From: Tubulanus polymorphus
Taxonomy: Eukaryota > Animalia > Nemertea
Direction: 5' to 3'
Length of the DNA stretch: 64,000 nt
Assembly: GCF_964204645.1 (NCBI RefSeq)
Contig: NC_134029.1
Location: 19,214,950-19,278,949 of the forward strand
The notes beneath the pieces were generated by a model. It was not told the origin of the DNA. It did not search any database and saw only the letters and a list, made by a program, of their open reading frames with translations. Shown one piece after another: positions 43,588 through 57,309 of this stretch (positions within the stretch are counted from its first letter, which is position 1; each line of letters begins with the position of its first letter). A program made the position numbers and the translations under genes.

Positions 43588-46500
43588 GAATGATGATGGT
43601 GATGAGGAAGAATCTGGGTATGATTTGGGAAAATTGTTGAATAAGCCAAATCTATCCGATTCCTGCTAATTATAGACCTATTCTTTTTCATTGTAGCTTC
43701 AATTTAGAAGATGTTGATGAGGATAATGAAAATGATGACAAAATAAAACACATACCTTTCAAAACTGCGAAACTGTTGTCCGACGACGAAGAAGATAACG
43801 ACGCGTCTCAGAAATCATCGTTTGAAAAGCGACAAGAAAGGGTATGAAATATCATGGAGGCTATCATCCATTTCAAGGGTCTTAATCCACCTCAATTCTT
43901 ACCTACTTCCCTATTTCACATTTTGAATTGGAGCATTAGATTTAAAAGAAATTGTAAACGAGACAGTCAAATTGATAGAATGGAACCTCTTTTATAATGA
44001 ACTCGGATACAATGATTCATCGGATATAACAAATATAGAATTTCGTCCAAAGTATGTTAGACAATTTGATTAATTTCATACTGGATATAACAAACTATCG
44101 GTTATAACGAACATATTTTCTGGTACTGTGTAAGTTCATCGTTACAAAGTTCCGCTGTAGAGCAAAAAACAAACAAGGCGAATTATATTTGAAGATAACA
44201 AGAGAAATCCCACAATAAGTTCAGCCAAAACGAGAAACTTGAATAGAAGAGTTATATATATTTGCGCAACGTTTCGGCTAAAGACTATTAGCCATCATCA
44301 GGCGTACTGAGTACAGGAGAATATTACAAGATATTTATACAAGACCAAAACAATAGAAGCAGAGTGAGTGATTAAATTTGGTCTTGTATAAATATCTTGT
44401 AATATTCTCCTGTACTCAGTACGCCTGATGATGGCTAATAGTCTTTAGCCGAAACGTTGCGCAAATATATATAACTCTTCTATTCAAGTTTCTCGTTTTG
44501 GCTGAACTTATTGTGGGATTTCTCTTGTTATCTTCTTACACGGATATTGTGTATCTTCTCGTCTCATATTTGAAGATCATCAATCCATTATCCACTTCTA
44601 TTGAGCTTTGGCCATGCGGTCCCTGAAATGAATTTCGGTGTGTTTGTGTCATCGCGATATTCTTACCTTCAGTTGCAAAAGCGCATAAGAGAAATGGAAG
44701 ACGTCGCTTTGATGGAGAAACCGTGGCAGCTGTCTGGTGAGGTGACCGGTGGTAAACGTCCTGAGAATAGTCTGCTTCAAGAAAACGTACAGTTCGACCA
44801 AACGGCAAGACCAGGTTAGAACTACTGAAATGATGACGATTAATAAATAAGTAGAGTTATGTTAAACAACGAATATACATGCAAATCTACATTAGATCAG
44901 TTTGATTCTGATTGTGGATAGCGATATCTGGGTAGATTCTACTGCTAAATATGATGTGTGTACCATTTGTAATTTTGGGTTGAAATACTCTATTTTCAGC
45001 TCCAGTCATTACAGAAGAAACGACTAAGCAGTTAGAAGATCTAATAAAGCAGCGCATTAAAGATCAGGTTTATTATCAATCGAGACGTTCTTTACTAGAG
45101 TTAAGGTATTACAATCGGAATGACGTTTGACGGGACTAATTTTCGGTTAATATTTGCATGTAGGCGTGGGATGATGTCACGCGCAAGATTAAACCAAAAG
45201 ATGCGCCGTACGAGTACAAGAAGCGCATCACACTCGATCAGGAAAAGAGTAAGATTAGTCTCGGCGAAGTTTACGAACAGGAATATATAAAACAGACGGA
45301 GGTAAATTGGCCGTTTTGACTGGAATTTCATTTGCCTCACCTGGAATTGATCGTGGTTCTGAAATCGATGATCTGTTCACATTTTAGGAAGAGGCTGAAG
45401 AGAAAGCCGACCCGCAACATGAGGAAATCAAGAAAATGCTGGAATCGCTGTTCATTAAGTTAGACGCTCTTTCTAATTTCCACTATACTCCGAAACCAGT
45501 AAGTATACTGTTCTGTTTTACAAAATGAATCCAAGCGAAACAAAAAATGCATTTAACCTTCTGTAAGTCGGATAAACACTTAAGTCAGAAGAAAAGGTCG
45601 AATATGGCTATTTTCTCATTCGGAAATATATTTTTGTCCCAAAATTGCATATTTGAAATCGGGAACTTACTTGCCTAAGTTGGTAGTATTCTTACGGTGC
45701 GAACAATTAGGATTGTATCAAAACAACTATGGTAGCTGTATGAAGCTATTCATGTGATATTCCCGTCATTGAACCAAACATGCTACAATACAGGGAATAC
45801 ATGTAGGCCCCGCCTCTGATTCAACAAGATAAGTTGAGACGTGCTACATATAAGTTAAAGACCTAAGATTAAACACTCATTTTTTCGAAAGTTTGAAATT
45901 CTGACTTTCTCATACTCAGAATTTTTCTAATTCAAAGAAAATGATCCAGTTGCGAAAGATGCAAAATACGCATGGTTTACTGTATCAGCGTGAAATCATT
46001 GATGTTGATTCAGAATCTGGCTTCTATATATGATAGAGACTTAATGGCTTAAAATCTGTTCATTTCAGGCTATGCCAGAGGTAGAAATAGTCAGTAATTT
46101 GCCGTCAATAGCGATGGAAGAGGTTGCGCCAGTCAGTGTTAGTGATGCAGCGATGTTGGCGCCTGAAGAAATCCAGGTGAGAAAAAAGATAATCTATAGT
46201 ATTATGAAGTGAAATTTGCTCATTCTGTATGAGTTAGGTTGATATTGTCCTATTTTTTTTGTACGATACTTCTAGAAATGTTGTACAAATTCAACCTTGT
46301 GTAGAATACGTTGAACGAGACGGATAGTGCTTTATAAGTTAATTTGTTTATTTGAAGTACGGGCTTTCGCTACTGATGTATATTAACTTTATCAGTGAAT
46401 AAAATCTCTCATTCACGTGATGAAGCTACAATACATTGGTGGCGAAAAGCTCATATTTTATCAGATATCTTGTTTATATGTATGAGCTTTCAATACTAAT

Positions 46501-48137
46501 GTAAAGTAGCTTCATCAGGTGACTGAGAAATTTTCTTCACCTGATGAATTTACAATACATTAGTGGCAAAAGCTTGTACTTCAAATGAACAAATTAACTT
46601 ATAAAGTACTTTCCGTTCCGTTTTACACGTAGAAGAAATTAAAACTTCTCTAGTTCGAGCAGAACCATGTGTTTTATCAGGGTCCCTACGACTCCTTGAT
46701 TCCTTAAAAACTCCTAAACAGAAATTACTTTTAAAGGTACTTGAAACTCCTTTAATTTGGGCAAAATGCCCAAAACTCCTTTGAAACTCTTCAATTTTGA
46801 GAAATAGGCAACTAAGATATTTGTTGTTGCACAATAAACTGTGCCTGAATCGATACTGTTGGATTTTCACCAGGATTCTTTAGTAATGTAAAGCATGAAA
46901 ATTTGCTTACAAAACCACAGAATTATCCGTTCACCTAAATAGCTTAAACAGTACCAATTTAGGAGCAGTTTACAGTAATTGGAATATAAAAGTGATGCAG
47001 AATTTGAAATTTCCTCCTTGAAATCTCCTTATATCCGGCAATGACCAATCTGTAGGGACCCTGGTTATTCTGATTCATATCGATGCTCCATTCATCATGA
47101 TTTTCATCATTCATCATTTTTTGTGTTCAATCTCAAGGAGAAGAATCGCGGCATCGAAATCGGAAAAAGCGAACGAACCGAAACCGACAAGAAGCGCGAT
47201 CGACGTAAGATAAAAACGGCGAAGCGCAAGAAGATCAAGGAGAAAGAACAACGCGAGAAACTCGTCGAAAAAATCAGACCGGGTTTGGGTAACAAGTACA
47301 GTAAAGAACGAGCGCTTTCCGAACTAGAGAAGGCTAGTAAAGCAACGGATAAACTCAGCCTCATTAAGGTATATTTCAGAATATGATCAGATTTTATAGT
47401 ATGGATACTGAGTAGGGTTCATGATGGAACCTCTTTAGGATGAATGTGATGTAACGAATTATTGAATTTAACAAACCTAGATTTTTGTCCACAATGGTCC
47501 GCTGATCGCTGGTCCACCGAAGTTTGTTGTACTACCGCGGTACTTTTCACCTCGTTCAGGATATTCAAAAACATTTTATGTGTAGTTTTATCTTTCCTTC
47601 TTGAGTGAAAAGTTTTTTCAAACAGTTGAATAGATAAGTAGATTAATTTCGTGATTGCAACAGAAAGAAAGTGGAGAAAGCCAAATTAAAGTTGAGGAAG
47701 CTCTATAACAAAAATGTTTGATACAATGTAGACTCTATAATCAGGTCTACTTGGAATGACCCAAGGCTGTATATTTGACATATACATTTTTGGAAAGCCT
47801 TTCAATTTTCTTGATCCTCAAGTAGATATCTAGATATCTAGATAACTTGGTGGCCAACATTACTGGATAAGGCAAAGTCCACTAAACTAATGAATTGTTC
47901 ATCTAACTGATGTCAAATGAAGATTGAATGCTTGCATACATGTACGAAACATTTATCGTAGTTGTTGCTTATGTATATTTCTAGGATAAATCTAGTTCTG
48001 CTAAAAAGTCTCTGACCTCGTCGAAACAGTTCTTCAACCAATTGCAAGATGAAGTTACGTCCCATATAAATCGTCAGAAAGGGGCGCCGCAAGTGAAGAA
48101 AAAGCAAAAAAGTTCCGCTACAAAATTGATGTTGTAA
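42008..48137 (+). CDS. MPHOSPH10: U3 snoRNP protein MPP10, 11 exons, ~669 aa
   Basis: Exons 42008-42105, 42519-43197 (alt donor 43209), 43481-43617, 43697-43841, 44673-44814, 45000-45067, 45164-45301, 45388-45498, 46069-46176, 47138-47368, 47985-48137; sum 2010 nt. Mpp10 motifs [119 protein letters not shown] at 48181. Confidence 0.95.
44191..44535. mobile_element. Inverted Penelope-like pLTR remnant (159-bp arms, 27-bp spacer) in MPP10 intron 4
   Basis: 44191-44349 is the reverse complement of 44377-44535; each arm holds a minimal hammerhead core, as is typical of Penelope-like element pLTRs. Confidence 0.75.
44420..44463 (+). ncRNA. Minimal type I hammerhead ribozyme motif (mirror copy 44263-44306 on minus)
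   Basis: CGC-CTGATGA-T-GGCTA(ATAGTCTT)TAGCC-GAAAC-GTT-GCG: conserved core boxes, 5-bp stem II, palindromic AACGTT in place of stem III, short stem I CGC/GCG. Confidence 0.7.
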
Positions 48138-49535
48138 AAGTGAATCTAGAAATATTTTGTATATAAATAAATTAATTGTAAATAAAACTAAAAGTATTTA
48201 GAATCATTGACTTGCTGGTATTTTTTTGGAAGATTGCAGAAGTTAGAATATTCATATATTGGAATCATTGCCATCCTGTATCGTGGCGTATCCGAATTTT
48301 TGCGAATCAATCGGGATGAATTGACTCGTCAGGGCCGTACCTGGCATTATAATTTTTTTTGGTGGGGGGGGGGGAGGTACCTGAAAAAGGGCAATTCTAT
48401 AGGATAAAACAAATTGTAAAACTGCTCTTTCCAAAATTTCTTGGGGGAGGGCCTTGCAACCCCCCCTTTAAATACGGCAAGCCATCATTCTGCTCATATC
48501 ACCTTGATTAACTTAAAATCGTCTAACGTCGGATATCTCGTTCGTGGTGTAAGCAAATAACACATTCAACGGTTGCGTTTACTAAAATTTAAATTTCGTG
48601 AATTCAAAAATTGAAACGTAACTAAAATAACTACCGTATTTGACTCGTATTGCACGTCTTCCACTCGGGAGTAATTTTACTTAGTCGGTGATTTAACCGA
48701 ATGTGAGTTTGCTACAAGAAAGAACTCCGTTTACAAGACTAAAACCAAAGGGTAGGTTACCCTCGGGATACTTCCTAATAGGCATGAAGTGGGGAACCAT
48801 TTATAGGTAAAACTTCATGTTTCCAGGAGGATTTCGACCCCGAAAAACTTATAATCACATCCTTCCTAGACAGAGATTCGAACCTGATGGAATCGCTCGA
48901 CTCGCTTGTATCCAAATTTCGAAAAATCTTGACAAAACGTTTCCGACACTGACATTTTGAAGTGCACATAGAGAAGTTTATTAGGCGTTCGTTCGCAGGA
49001 ATCCCTCCCTGGATCCGTCACTGGGCAGGCCCTCGTTCCGTGGCGCGAGTCTCGATACCACCAGGTTCTTGCCTAGGGAGGATGTTATAATCACAGATGT
49101 ATGACCGCTGTTAGGATGGTGCGTTCGTTGCACGCGAAGTACATCTGCGAAAAAGATTAAAACATCATGTGAGAAGTTAATATTCAGGAAACCTGTACGA
49201 TGCGAAAATAATTAGAAATCGGCATGTACGACACGTGGAAACATAAAACTGAAAATTGCTGCATTTATAGATTGGTTGGTAATTACTGGGAAGCTCGTTA
49301 TTTTTGTCATTTTAGAATCTCGGAAAATCGAACTTTTAATGATGGATCAGATATCGCTCAAAGATAATCAGCGGCTGAAAAATTGAGAATTCTGTATTGC
49401 TGAGGGAAGTGAATAATTCCAAACATACGTTAGTATAATCTGTTAAGAGCGGCCTTAGCCTGGCGTGACAACCAAGCTGTGGAATTCAAATAGTGAAGGA
49501 ATTTTGTTCTTTGTATCGTAAAGAAATTGTTCGTT

Positions 49536-52500
49536 ATGAATCGGCAGCTGTGGGGGCTGTTTATAGCGTCAATGATCCTCTGTCAAGTTTGCATCGCACG
49601 CGCTGATCGCGTAGAATCTATCGAGGAATCGTCAGTGACGGTAAGTTCGTCTTGTAACAACACGTGGTACCCCATCGATTCTACATCTGGTTATATCGTT
49701 TCACCAAATTATCCTTCGTTAACACGCGGCGTTGAATGTCGCTGGTTAATCAACAGCTCTTTACCAGGAGCCGTTCAAGTTTACTACGACATCGATCCGT
49801 CAATATTCTGTAGTGACAACTACCTTCTCGTCCATGAGTCTGATAACAGATTGTGCGGTGATGGAAAACATGATATCCGCAGTAGCGATTTTATACCGTT
49901 GATGTTTAGGAGTAACGTCGATGGTGCGCGGGGTAGCCGGGTTTTTGTCATATATCGTTACGAACGAAACCGATTGAGAATTAGTCACAACTGTCGATAC
50001 AACTTCTATTTAGATAAACTCAATTCGTCAACTGGTTATAAATTCTTCTTGAAAAGACGAGGGATGCCTAATTGCAAATTATTTTTGAATCGGATCGGAA
50101 TATCACGGGATTATGCGATGAATCTCACATTCATTCAGATCATACTCAAATATCAACCTAGACGTCAATCTACCACTAAAATCCACGATGGATGGAATAG
50201 CAGTGATCCCATTGGTATTATACGAAAACAAACTGGATATCCACCATCATCATTTTATACAAAAACAAACAAAGCCCTCATTTCTTTAAATGTTCCAACT
50301 CAGTTCAAGCTTTTTGTTCAGCTGTATAAGATATCAGATTGGAACGTCTCTAATCCATTGATTCGGATCTCAGATAACGAGTCGTCGGGAGTGCTCATAC
50401 CTAGTGACAAGAGCTTACACGTAATAACCCGATCAAAACACTTACACTGCTGGTCTATCACAGTGCAGGTATTACAGTACGTCATATTCAACTGGACCAG
50501 TGATCTCATCATATCCGGTGACGTCATTGCTGTATATAAACTAGAAGGATTACGTATTGTAGGAACTGATATCTTGCTCGGTTACAACTACTTGGAATCA
50601 TTGAATGTCAAAACCGACGGCTTTCTCGTCATACTATGCGTTTTATTGAGGATGGAAGCAGAAAAGTTGCTACAAAAGTTCAACTATGAAATTAAATCGC
50701 ATTCTTTAGAAGACATGTACGTCTACAAATACCGAGTGAGTATTAGGCCTAAATGATATACTTGAATGCATGTGTTACCCGATTTCTCTTATAGAAGTGT
50801 TTCTATTTTCCAGGTGTTATACTGGCGTGCTCACTATTTGAGACATTCCCAACTTTTTCAATACAAAACGAAATCGATTTACAGAATCAAACGTTTTGAT
50901 TTTAAATGGAATGTCAATATCTATGAAGAAACGGACTTTCAATTTTCAGTTTTATCAGAGAACTGTGAGCGAGCTGGATTTTATATATATGATGGTGGCA
51001 ATTTCACAGCTAGACGCTGTGGTCCGTATTGTCCTGGTTCAAAGGAAGGAGGTTACGGTCGATCTATGATCAGCCTGGTTACATCAGGAGGACCGGTTCT
51101 TATAGTAGCATACGCATACAAATACCTGCCGAGAAAATCTCCGTCAAGACTAGTTATTCGCTCTACTGACTGTGACGGGTATGTTCTACAAGAAGGTGAA
51201 CGTCAAATCAATATAACGTCACACTGTCTTGTGATTACACCAGAAACCCGACGCATTGTTTTCACAAATATTCAAGTGTTATCAAAAAAAGAATATGAAA
51301 TTGGTGATTGTTTGCATAATATTGCACCATCAACAATGAGCTGCAAACGGATCCTAAGTCTCAAGAGTGATATACTGAATAACAGTGTCGTATCGTATAC
51401 CGTGAAATTACGATTTAATAACGCATTGCTGAACTATCGATTTATAATCAAACTGCAAACCAAATGTCAGAGGTTGAAAAAGACTCGAAAAGACTACACG
51501 GGGGTGATGTCCTTCGTAAAGAATGAATGTGGTTTGATACAGTCAGATAATTTCCCAGAAAATGCCGGATATAAACTTCAAACTGTATACTATGCATTCG
51601 GTTGGATGGGATACATTAATTACTTTTATAGATTTTATAGATTCATAATAAAATACATAAGCAAGAGAGTGCCATGTATGGGATCACCAGGATTAGACAA
51701 AACCCCAATCATTCTCAAACAATTTGTTAATGATATATCTAGAAGACAGATCACGCACGAATATAAAATATGCGATAAAAGAGCCGAAGTGGGTACTGTA
51801 TTTTACAGCCTTCTTAGTTACAACTTAGGGCTCGAGGTAAAAAGTCGAGTCCCAACATTTCGAATACAATATACATTTGAAAGACCGCCATCAATAGATA
51901 CGCGTGATAGACCGTGTCGTTCAAAATTTCGGGATTCGGGAATTTCATGCGTAAACTATATCAGAGATGAACGTCTGAATTGGGAGAATGCAGAATTGTA
52001 CTGTAGGCAGAAGTTTGCGGGACATTTACTCAGTGTCAACTCAGAACAGGAAATGACTTCCATGAAAAAATTATTCGCTACATCCTTTCTGCATAATGCA
52101 TATTCACAGAAAGCACTCCTAATGATGATTGGATTAAAACTGCAGGTGAATCAGAATTGAAAATAAGTTACATATGGGAAGTTTTCATATAAGAAAACAG
52201 TGTATTTTATCTTCTATTTTGATTTTTTTTCAGCCAAGTTCTGGTCATTACACGTGGACTGATGGGAAACCATTAAGCTACACTGAGTGGTATAAACCTA
52301 CAAATAACGACACGATACCAGAAGTATTACAAGGATTCATATCTCCTTTAAGAAAACAACCGATAAATGACGTCGATATGCCATGTACAGCGATGGTACT
52401 AAATAATCCACGAGGATCGGCGAACTGGTTTCGATTCCCCTGCAAATTCGAAGAGGTTCACTCGAGTTTCATGTGTGAAACAGAAAGAATCGAAAATTTT

Positions 52501-55485
52501 AAGAATGTAAATGCAAAGTTTACATCTACGAACAATGAAACATATTTGATAGGACAAAATGTATTTCAAGACGCCGGTTTCAATGAATCGAGTTGTTCGA
52601 TTGGTTGGGTAAGCATAAATAAACAATGCTATCAAATACTGACAGACTGGAACAAAGATCGAGTTTTAGATATGATAACTGCGGCAGCGATGTGTCATGC
52701 TATCAATGGTGAAATAGTTACTGCTACGATAAGTTACACAGAAACTGAAACTATGAACTTAGTAAGAACATTTAGCTACCAGCCTGTATATAGCTCTATA
52801 CTAACAATGGCTTCTAATGATAGACTGCTAATTATAAACCCAAAAATAACTAGAGATGAAATAACTTATATTCAATCAGTTAAATGGACGACGAAACAGT
52901 TTGATAATGCGACAGATACAGCGCACTCTGTCTTGTGTTCTTACAACGCAACTAGTGATACGTTAGCTTCTACAAGCAGTTGTAAATCGTGGCAGTTTAA
53001 ATGTAACGATCAAAGATGTATTAGTGACCATCGTGTATGTGACACCAGACACGACTGTCATCACGGTGAAGATGAATTCAACTGTACGGATATAAATAAT
53101 CTATATAGTCAGTTTCAGTGCTATGATGGCCAGGTCATATCAATGAGTGGTTTCTGTGATTTCATGCACGATTGTGCGGATGGTTCTGATGAGAACTCGT
53201 GTTTTCATCCCGCGTGTTTGTCCGAACAATTTCGCTGCAACAGTGGGCGATGTATCAGTCGGTCAAACAGGTGTGACGGAGTCACTGATTGTAAAGACGG
53301 CTCCGATGAAAGTGGATGCACCGCTCAACTGTGCCAGGGGTTCTTGTGTAACAGTGGTGACTGCATTAGTTCTCAGTTGTATCAAGATGGTGTCGTGGAT
53401 TGCAGTGGAAGCCTCGAAGAAGATGAATTAGTGACAGCTACTAATGTTACAATGAATCCTACGATTGAATGCAATAATGAGAACCATTGTACATTTAACT
53501 TCACAAATCTCTGTAAAGCTTCGGACGAACAAAGATGTTCTTTCAATTCTCCGCATTGTTATGCAAGACGTCATAGATGTATTCTAGAAAGAACAGCAAA
53601 TGGTAACCCAGTTTGTAGAAATCTTGAGCACGTATTGAGATGTGAAGAATTTGAATGTCCAGCTAGTACCGTAAAATGTCCAACATCGTACTGTATACCA
53701 ATCAGACAGGTATGCGATGGTCAATCAGATTGTCCTAATTCAGAAGATGAAAAAAACTGTGAGACATTTACATGCCCACGTATGTTCAAATGTGGCCAGG
53801 AAAATCGATGTATTCCACAATCTGAAGTTTGTGATGGCGTCATAAATTGTAAGCATACAACTGATGACGAGGCTTTCTGTAACGTCACCTGTCCGAGAGG
53901 TTGTACATGTCAAGGCTATTTAATTGATTGTAAAAATACTGGTTTAACAGATATCACTCGCCTTTTCCCACCATCAACTCGGGTTTTGGTTTTATCAAAT
54001 AACCGAATCATCTTGAACGCGTCGACGTTATCGTTATTTGTCTATCTTCGTATGCTCAACATCTCCTCCAATGAATTTTCCTATATTTTACCAAACTTGT
54101 TCAAAAACCTGAATAATTTACATACATTAGACCTAACGTATAACAACATAAGATCATTATCCACAAACACATTCACTGGTTTATATAGTTTGAAAGAGTT
54201 ATTCATAACTGAAAATCCACTACGTCATTTGATGGACGATACCTTCCAAGATTTGAAGTCACTTAAAGTTCTTAATCTTGATGGACTTTCCTTATTGGTG
54301 CTTGGTAGAAATGTATTTCGAGGTTTATCTACATTACATTCGTTGAATATCAGCACTAACAGAATCAATCGTATTTCAAGATATGCATTTTCTGGATTAA
54401 CTTCACTTGAAATGCTAGATATAACCAATAACTACAAAGTTATTTCTGTCGACAAAGATGCTTTCAACAACATGACATCTCTAGTCTTTCTAACGTCTGA
54501 TGCTTACAAATTTTGCTGCATGGCTCCTAATGTTGACCAGTGCCTTCCTGAAGCTGACCAATTTTCCTCCTGTTCTGATCTGATGGGTAATACAGCCCTT
54601 AGAGCTATCATCTGGGTAATCGCTGCATTTAGTTTTTTCGCTAATGGAATTGTCATTTCTCTTCGCATTCATGCGATATGTTTCTCCTCAAATCCATCCT
54701 CAGACATCATCATCATTAATGTTGCTGTGTGTGATTTCATGATGTCTATATATCTATTTTTGATCGCGGGAGCCGATCACATTTATAGAGGTATTTACTT
54801 CCTAAATTCAGAATCATGGACGGACAGTTTGTATTGTCGTCTTGCGGGGGTCGTGGTGTTTATTTCTTGCGAAGGTTCATTGACATTTTTGCTGGTAATG
54901 ACGCGTCACAGATTATCAAATATAGTTAATCCATTTTCTGGAAACCCGATTACATCTATAAGATATGTGTGCGTGATTTGTTGTACCTGTTGGATTGTCT
55001 TAAGTGTCATTGCACTACTACCACTTATGCCAGTCCCATACTTTGGAAGCAACTTCTACGGTACTACAGGAGTTTGTTTACCTATGAATTTAATTTCAAT
55101 TGATGTTAGTGCCTGGCAATATTCATTCGCTATTTTCTCTTTATCCAACTCGCTCATACTAGCTACGATAATGGGGACTTATTTTCAAATGTACAGACTC
55201 GTATCTGGAAGCAGGTCTGGTTCGGGTAGAGCTGATCCTACCGAACTGATTCTGGCACGTAGGAGTTTGGTAATAAATCTTTGTAATTTATTTTGCTGGC
55301 TGCCGTTAATAATTGTTCAGTTTTGCGCGGTATTTCGTGTAGAAATACCGAATCAGGTGGCGGCTTGGCTAGCGGTTCTTTTCTTACCGATAAACTCGTC
55401 TCTCAATCCCCTTCTTTACACTATACTGACTATTGATATGAAATCCATACGAGCTAAAACTAAACGCTGGCAACATAGAAAATGA
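49536..55485 (+). CDS. GRL101-like LDLa/LRR rhodopsin-class GPCR with N-terminal CUB-like and C-type lectin domains, 3 exons, ~1927 aa
   Basis: Three supplied ORFs join in phase 0: 49536-50735 (GTGAGT donor), 50814-52145, 52234-55485; introns 78 and 88 bp. Signal peptide MNRQLWGLFIASMILCQVCIARA; CUB (GYIVSPNYP..CRWLI); CTL (LNWENAELYC..GHLLSVNSEQE..IGL..WTDGKPLSYTEW); multiple LDLa (CDGVTDCKDGSDE); LRRs; hinge YKFCC..C.P..DQFSSCSDLM; 7TM with LPINSSLNPLLYT. Confidence 0.9.
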
Positions 55486-56797
55486 AAATAAAATAGCTAC
55501 GTGTATATTCCTACCCAGGAATGGAGTGGCATTACCAGTCAGTACGATGTTTCAATTGTATTTTCTGGTGGGGATATTTCATGTTAGAACATAATTTCAT
55601 ACGTGTACTAGACACCACACTAAGAATATTTAGTTCACCGATTTTTCCACATTTAATGTTTATCATCACTTTCACTGATGCAATGTTAGTACTTCGTATC
55701 GATAATGGAAACAATGAATGCTTTGACTGGGTATCAAGTGTCAATATCTGCAATGAATGTGGGGGAGATATTATGATGGCTGACACGATATAACAATTAA
55801 TGAACGCATTTTTTTTTCGCCCGGATAATTAAAACTTTATCGGTTTCGCAGGTAAAAAAATTTCTCGGTCAAGAAAACCAAACCTTTTGATTTTGACTTC
55901 TCGTGCTAGAAAATTTGCGTTTATATTAAAGTTTATGATCGTGCGTTAAGGCATACCGAAATACTATGCGTATTTTTTTAGTATAGCTCGTATTAGCTAC
56001 CGTAGGTAACAGCTTGCTCATTTATTTACCTGGCACTCGCTAATAAATCAAGTCAGGTACCACTGCGAAGACGCGAAGACAACCCGAGGGGATGACAACT
56101 GAGCTATAGTTCTTTTGATCTTAAAATATGGATTGTCCCTGTTATTTATTTGGTTGGTAAATTTCGTTTGATTTTTTGATTGGATGTCCCTTACAGACCC
56201 ACCACCTGCCGGAAGCGAAACAGGGGTTTGATTTTGAAATCGGACTCGGAATTCGAAGTACAGATATAGTTGTGTGATCGGCGGTCGAGTTTACAAAAGT
56301 ATTTTGTTTAAATCGAAGTACATAATTGGGAAATTCGGTTCCGGTTCATTCAAGCAATCTTCCATTCAGTCTGAACCGGCAAGCGACCGATTGGGTTGAA
56401 TTTTCTTGGCTGCCTAATTTAATACATCGAAATTTTGGAAATAGCTATATTACAAGGTTGAAGATCATTTTGTCCATTTTCAATTTTTTCTGTCGTTTTC
56501 TATACGTGTAAATAGTCCGATAGTTTATTTTAGTTTTTTTTCGGATAGGTGTTGATGTAGAAGTCCTCTAAGTTGATTTTCCTGCGTTTTGACTAGATAG
56601 AAAGGAAGCACATTTCGAAACGCTAATTTTCCAGATGAGAGTATCCGAAGTGTAGTTGTATGACATCGACGGGGCAGCTCCGATAGGATGGGTATCTCCG
56701 TCAAGGGGTGCGCAGTTGATACTTCACATCTGGTGCTGAGTTTGCCTAAAAATAAAAGTTGTACACAGGGAGCAGTTTTGTGTTTCTGATGAATGTA

Positions 56798-56876
56798 GGA
56801 AAAATGGCCAAGGAAAGAATGGCCAAGGTATTTGCCCAGGAAAAAATGGCCACGGAAAAAAAGGCCAAGGAAAATT
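56798..56876 (+). repeat. Modular 14-15-bp GGAAAAA(A)TGGCCAA repeats, candidate terminus
   Basis: ggaaaaatggccaa / ggaaagaatggccaa / ggtatttgccca / ggaaaaaatggccac / ggaaaaaaaggccaa / ggaaaatt read directly. Confidence 0.85.
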
Positions 56877-56970
56877 TATGAGAACTACTGACAATGTTAA
56901 TAAACATTAAGCTTTCAATTTAATGACATCATTTATTTTTCATGGGGCTAAAACAATCAAAATCGGTATA

Positions 56971-57244
56971 ATGAGTTCAGAAATTTGATGAACTTACATT
57001 TAATTTCATTGCATATAATATACAGTGCATAGGTGGATGCGTAGATGAGAGTGAGTTCCAACTAGAAAACAATAATGTCAATAAAAATCAATATTATTGT
57101 CAATATTGTAAAAAATACATCGATAAATCTTACATGGAAAATGTTAGAAATTATATTGATTCACTAGAAATAAAAGATATAATTAAAATTTTAGAAATAT
57201 TACGTAATAAAATTGTGACACACATAAACAGTGAGTGCGCGTAA
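56971..57244 (+). pseudogene. Small Cys-motif ORF, apparently frameshifted just after its ATG
   Basis: Open frame 56975-57244 (VQKFDELTFNFIAYNIQCIGGCVDESEFQLENNNVNKNQYYCQYCKKYIDKSYMENVRNYIDSLEIKDIIKILEILRNKIVTHINSECA*) has no early ATG; the ATG at 56971 is one base out of frame. Confidence 0.4.
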
Positions 57245-57309
57245 CAACAGCTGCTTTTTTTTTGCTTTTTTCCAAAAATAAACACACTTTTTAATATAAA
57301 AGCGCTAAT

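Noticed and set aside
43383-43691. Poly-Met and poly-His ORFs
   Set aside because: Alternative frames of the (GAT)n poly-Asp tract in MPP10 exon 3.
49527-52160. ORFs 49527-50756 and 50766-52160 as independent genes
   Set aside because: They splice in frame to the GPCR exon through canonical short introns, and the C-type lectin domain spans the second junction.
56185-56745. Possible minus-strand exon (acceptor at 56746-56748, ~75 open codons) beside the element
   Set aside because: The frame closes, has no recognisable motif and cannot be linked to other exons; needs transcript data.
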